A DNA stretch of 64,000 nucleotides from the NCBI GenBank assembly GCA_963788925.1, contig CAWBIH010000004.1, positions 5,679-69,678 of the forward strand, given 5' to 3'. Numbering within the stretch: the first letter of the stretch is position 1; each line of letters opens with the position of its first letter. This document shows positions 60,842 to 64,000 of this stretch, piece after piece. Below the pieces are notes generated by a model, which ran no database searches, was not told where the DNA came from, and was given only the letters and a program-made list of their open reading frames with translations. The stretch is from an uncultured Actinomycetota bacterium. GTDB lineage: Bacteria; Actinomycetota; UBA4738; HRBIN12. A program made the position numbers and the translations under genes.

Positions 60842-61264
60842 ATGCGGCAAAGTGATGGGAAGCATTTCGGTCAGCGACTCCGAGAATCGCGGGTTGCTGC
60901 CGGCCTCAGCCAATCGGAGCTCGAAGATATCTCCGGTATCCCCAAAGCTCGCCTCTCGCGCTACGAGAACGGTCACGTCGAGCCCTCGATCCAGACGCTG
61001 GCCCGGCTGTCTCGGGCGCTGAACGTCTCCGAAGCGTCCCTCCTCGGCGACCAGCGCGCCATCCTGGAGGACTTCTTCAACATCCTCTACGACCGCGGGG
61101 TTCGGATCACCTCCAGTGAACAGGGCGGACGGATCGCGAACGCGATCGCGGACCTCCTCGAGGCGATGGCCGTGAAGATCGACCAGGCCGATCCCGAAGG
61201 GCCGGTGCTCACACCGCTAGCCGACGAAGAGGTTCAGGCCCTCTCGACTCCGATCCTCCGCTAG
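60842..61264 (+). CDS. XRE-family helix-turn-helix transcriptional regulator
   Basis: ATG 60842 within ORF 60800-61264. Contains LSQSELEDISGIPKARLSRYENGHVEPSIQTLARLSRAL. Confidence 0.8.
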   Translation: MRQSDGKHFGQRLRESRVAAGLSQSELEDISGIPKARLSRYENGHVEPSIQTLARLSRALNVSEASLLGDQRAILEDFFNILYDRGVRITSSEQGGRIANAIADLLEAMAVKIDQADPEGPVLTPLADEEVQALSTPILR

Positions 61265-63108
61265 CTCTTTCCGAGTCCGAAGCGAAGGTCGAGATCCACG
61301 GCTCCCTGTCGCATGCCTGAGAACACGGCCGCGTCGCCTCGCCGATCCAACTCGCGGGACGCGGACAGGATGGTCGACCCATCGGGGAGGACCACCCGGA
61401 TCTCGTAGCGGATCCCAGCGATCGTCGGTTGGGGCAGCACCCGGAGGGTGATCTCCTTCGCGCCGTTCACCGTGCGAACGGCGTCGGGGACAACGTAGGC
61501 GACCGTGAGCGACGTCGACCCACCTCCCCGGACAGCGATCGAACCCGTCACGGTGGCAAGTCCGAGGTCCTGGCCCACCCGGATCGGGCTCGGGCGACTG
61601 GTCTCCGCCTCGATCTTGTCGGCGGTCTTGGGAAGGTAGAGCGTCACGTCCGCCGCGAAGGTTCCGATCGGCAGGCCGCCGACGGGCCTGCCGAGAAGGA
61701 CCGAGGGCGGGTCCGTTCCCGCGCCGTTGTCGAACAGAACCTCCGCGTCCACCGCCGCCGAACCATTCGGGCGGATCGTGATCGTTTGGATGACGGCCGT
61801 CTCCACGAGGGCCCCCACGTGGGAGTTCCCGATCGCACTCCAGGTGGCGGCGACCGGGAGCGTCGCTTCACCCTTCAGCCTCGCTCGTCCGTCGAGCCCC
61901 AACGAGCGGACGAGGTGGCGGTCCTCTTGCCGGGAAAGGTAGATGGCCAGATGCCGGCCGCGCGTGTCTGCGGCGGTGGCGAGCGCGAGGGACTCCACTC
62001 CCGGTCGCCGTTCGAGGAACGCGAGCAGGATCTGCGACGCTCGGTCGGCGTGGAGTTCGGCGGCTTTTGGTGGCGTGTCCCCCAAGAAGGAGTCGATCTC
62101 CAGCGACGATGCCGTGCTCTGATCCGACAGCGCGAGGGGCCTGCCTTTGACCTCGACGTCTCCGATCACCCAGACGAGATCCTGGAGCGCGACGGCGTCG
62201 ATCTGGATGACCCCGTCCACGGGCTCGATCCCGGACTCCTGGACCGCGCTCATGAGCGCGCGCGCCGTCTTCGGCCAATCGAGCGACACGTCGACGTCGG
62301 CCAAGGCCTTCGGCGCCGGCGTCATCGGTTCGAGCTCGAGGGCACCGTCGTCCACGAGCAGGATCCCCACCGAGGTGGGGGCGCCTCCCCCGGGCCGGGG
62401 CACTCCGAGCGCCGGGACACAGACGAGGTATCGGTGCTGCCCCCCGAACATCGCCGTGGCGAGGTGCATCGAATCACGGAAGCGCTGGGCGAGATCGGCT
62501 CGGCGGGTGAGACCGTCCAGGGTGTCGCGGTAGCCGGAGGCGACGGGCCCGAGGAGCCCGTCGCCTCCGGCTGCCTCGAGCGTGGTCAACGCTCCTCGGA
62601 GCCGATCGGCCACCGACCCCATCTCGGGGAGCGCGGTCTCGAACGCCTCGATGTCCAACGCGCCCGAGGCGGTCGAGGCCGGGATCCGGATATCCGTCCA
62701 CCCGAGGTCACGGGCGACCTTCACCATCGTGGTGCCGGCTTCCGCCGTCGCGAGCGATGCCTCGGCGACGGCCGAGGCCGCCTCGATGTTGTTGCCCACG
62801 ATCGGGAGGAGCCCCGCCAGGCCGAGCGAAGGATGTCCCACCGACGAAACCGCATGGTCTGCCGCCTCTCGGGCGGCGGCGAAATGGGGCGCCGCCGCAT
62901 CGGGATCTCCGGTGACGATCGACTCGATCCCCACCGTGAGCTCCGCCCGAGCGCTCGTGAGTCCGCGGACCAGATCCCTGCCCGCCCAGAGTCCGTCCAG
63001 AACGAGCAGGATCACGAACGTGGCCAAGCCCGCCCAGATGCCGAGGGCAACCCGTCTCCCGCGGGTCCTTGGGCGCCACCGGCCGGACGGGGCGGGGTCT
63101 GAGGCCAT
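61261..63108 (-). CDS. large N-terminally anchored extracytoplasmic protein (DUF4012-like, tentative)
   Basis: ORF 61261-63108 (615 aa). It has a single N-terminal TM (VALGIWAGLATFVILLVL) and a long soluble domain. The family call comes from overall architecture only. Confidence 0.7.
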   Translation of the reverse strand: MASDPAPSGRWRPRTRGRRVALGIWAGLATFVILLVLDGLWAGRDLVRGLTSARAELTVGIESIVTGDPDAAAPHFAAAREAADHAVSSVGHPSLGLAGLLPIVGNNIEAASAVAEASLATAEAGTTMVKVARDLGWTDIRIPASTASGALDIEAFETALPEMGSVADRLRGALTTLEAAGGDGLLGPVASGYRDTLDGLTRRADLAQRFRDSMHLATAMFGGQHRYLVCVPALGVPRPGGGAPTSVGILLVDDGALELEPMTPAPKALADVDVSLDWPKTARALMSAVQESGIEPVDGVIQIDAVALQDLVWVIGDVEVKGRPLALSDQSTASSLEIDSFLGDTPPKAAELHADRASQILLAFLERRPGVESLALATAADTRGRHLAIYLSRQEDRHLVRSLGLDGRARLKGEATLPVAATWSAIGNSHVGALVETAVIQTITIRPNGSAAVDAEVLFDNGAGTDPPSVLLGRPVGGLPIGTFAADVTLYLPKTADKIEAETSRPSPIRVGQDLGLATVTGSIAVRGGGSTSLTVAYVVPDAVRTVNGAKEITLRVLPQPTIAGIRYEIRVVLPDGSTILSASRELDRRGDAAVFSGMRQGAVDLDLRFGLGKS

Positions 63109-63260
63109 CGTCGCCGAACCCTAACGCCGGTCGGGGCGCCGCACCATCAACCGCCTCGTCAGTGGGCGTCTGAGACCATCGGAACGGTCCTTTCGGCGGC
63201 TTGACCGGCAGGGTATGGGGGGCGTACCCTCACTGGAACCCGCCGTCCGGGCAGGCTCCG

Positions 63261-63289
63261 TTGACGGTGCCCGCATCTCCTCGTAGACT
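63261..63289 (+). promoter_or_regulatory. sigma-70/SigA-type promoter upstream of rpoB (TTGACG-17 nt-TAGACT)
   Basis: -35 at 63261-63266 and -10 at 63284-63289 with an exact 17-nt spacer, about 68 nt upstream of the rpoB start. Confidence 0.5.
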
Positions 63290-63356
63290 GCTCGTTTGCC
63301 GTGCCGTCCACCGCGCCCTGCCGTGCGCTCTCGACGTCTCCCGGGAGGGGTTCTGC

Positions 63357-64000
63357 TTGCCTGATCAGCTCGTGCCTGTTCGGAATCGTGTCAGTTTCGC
63401 CAAGCTCGACGAGGTCCTTCAGCTTCCCGACCTCGTTGCGATCCAGAAAGACTCCTTCGATAGGCTCCTGAAGGAAGGTCTCAAGGAGGTCCTCGAGGAG
63501 GTTTCGCCCATCGAGGACTTCACCGAGCAATTCCAGCTTTATTTCGGCAAGCACGAATTCCGGGAGATGAAGTTCTCGGAAGAGGAATGCCGGGACAAGG
63601 ACATCACCTTTTCCGCCCCGCTGTTCGTCGAGGCGACCTTCGTCAACAAGGTCACGGGCGAGATCAAAGAGCAGGAGGTCTTCCTCGGAGACTTCCCGAT
63701 GATGACCGACCGAGGCACGTTCATCATCAACGGGACCGAGCGGGTCGTCGTCTCTCAGCTGGTGCGCTCACCGGGCGCCTACTTCAGCAAGGAGCCCGAC
63801 AAGACCACCGACAAGGACGTCTTCATCGCAAAGATCATCCCGTCCCGGGGTGCCTGGCTTGAGTTCGACGTCGACAAGAAGGACACCGTGGGCGTCCGGA
63901 TCGACCGGAAGCGCCGGCAGAACGTGACCGTCTTCCTCAAGGCGCTGGGGTTCGACGCCGGCGAGCTCCTCAAGCTCTTCGGCAACGCGCAGTCCATCCA
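63357..64000 (+). CDS. rpoB: DNA-directed RNA polymerase subunit beta (5' end; continues beyond the window)
   Basis: Absent from the ORF track because it is edge-truncated. TTG 63357 follows a GGGAGGGG Shine-Dalgarno. Contains [27 protein letters not shown]...[35 protein letters not shown]. An alternative start is GTG 63372. Confidence 0.9.
   Translation, partial: MPDQLVPVRNRVSFAKLDEVLQLPDLVAIQKDSFDRLLKEGLKEVLEEVSPIEDFTEQFQLYFGKHEFREMKFSEEECRDKDITFSAPLFVEATFVNKVTGEIKEQEVFLGDFPMMTDRGTFIINGTERVVVSQLVRSPGAYFSKEPDKTTDKDVFIAKIIPSRGAWLEFDVDKKDTVGVRIDRKRRQNVTVFLKALGFDAGELLKLFGNAQSI

Overview
This is a high-GC (roughly 68-70%) bacterial chromosome segment. Its gene order resembles Actinobacteriota: menJ-like reductase, nuo, grcC1-like prenyl synthase, htpX, yajQ, then tyrT ... 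thrT-metT-tuf-rpmG-hadAB-trpT-secE-nusG-rplKAJL-rpoB. Positions 1-40108 form one large aerobic-respiration supercluster. It holds a cytochrome b operon (edge-truncated), system II cytochrome c maturation genes (ccdA-resB-ccsA), and a caa3-type oxidase operon (ctaCDEF-ctaG) followed by a membrane-anchored tandem cupredoxin and a TlpA-like thioredoxin. It also holds a ctaA/ctaB haem A unit, a prenyl-synthase/PPOX/geranylgeranyl-reductase module, a complete nuoA-N operon, a second prenyl synthase, and a second complex-I-like operon (nuoA2B2C2H2I2J2K2L2M2N2) that lacks nuoD/E/F/G. Three copies of a 20-bp palindrome matching the Rex operator consensus sit in front of the cytochrome b/ccdA divergent region, the nuo1 operon and the nuo2 operon. 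Positions 40-50.8 kb hold housekeeping genes plus a tRNA-Tyr/tRNA-Thr-bounded variable stretch with several disrupted genes. Positions 50.8-64 kb hold the tuf/rpmG/secE/nusG/rplKAJL/rpoB region, interrupted by an orphan LuxR-type regulator, a 521-aa coiled-coil protein and an XRE/large exported protein pair. At least 15 apparent frame breaks occur, including in essential genes (nusG, nuoH, ctaC), so assembly indel error is the leading explanation. I found no CRISPR array, integrase, transposase or rRNA. All functional calls come from reading motifs in the translations. No database search was possible.
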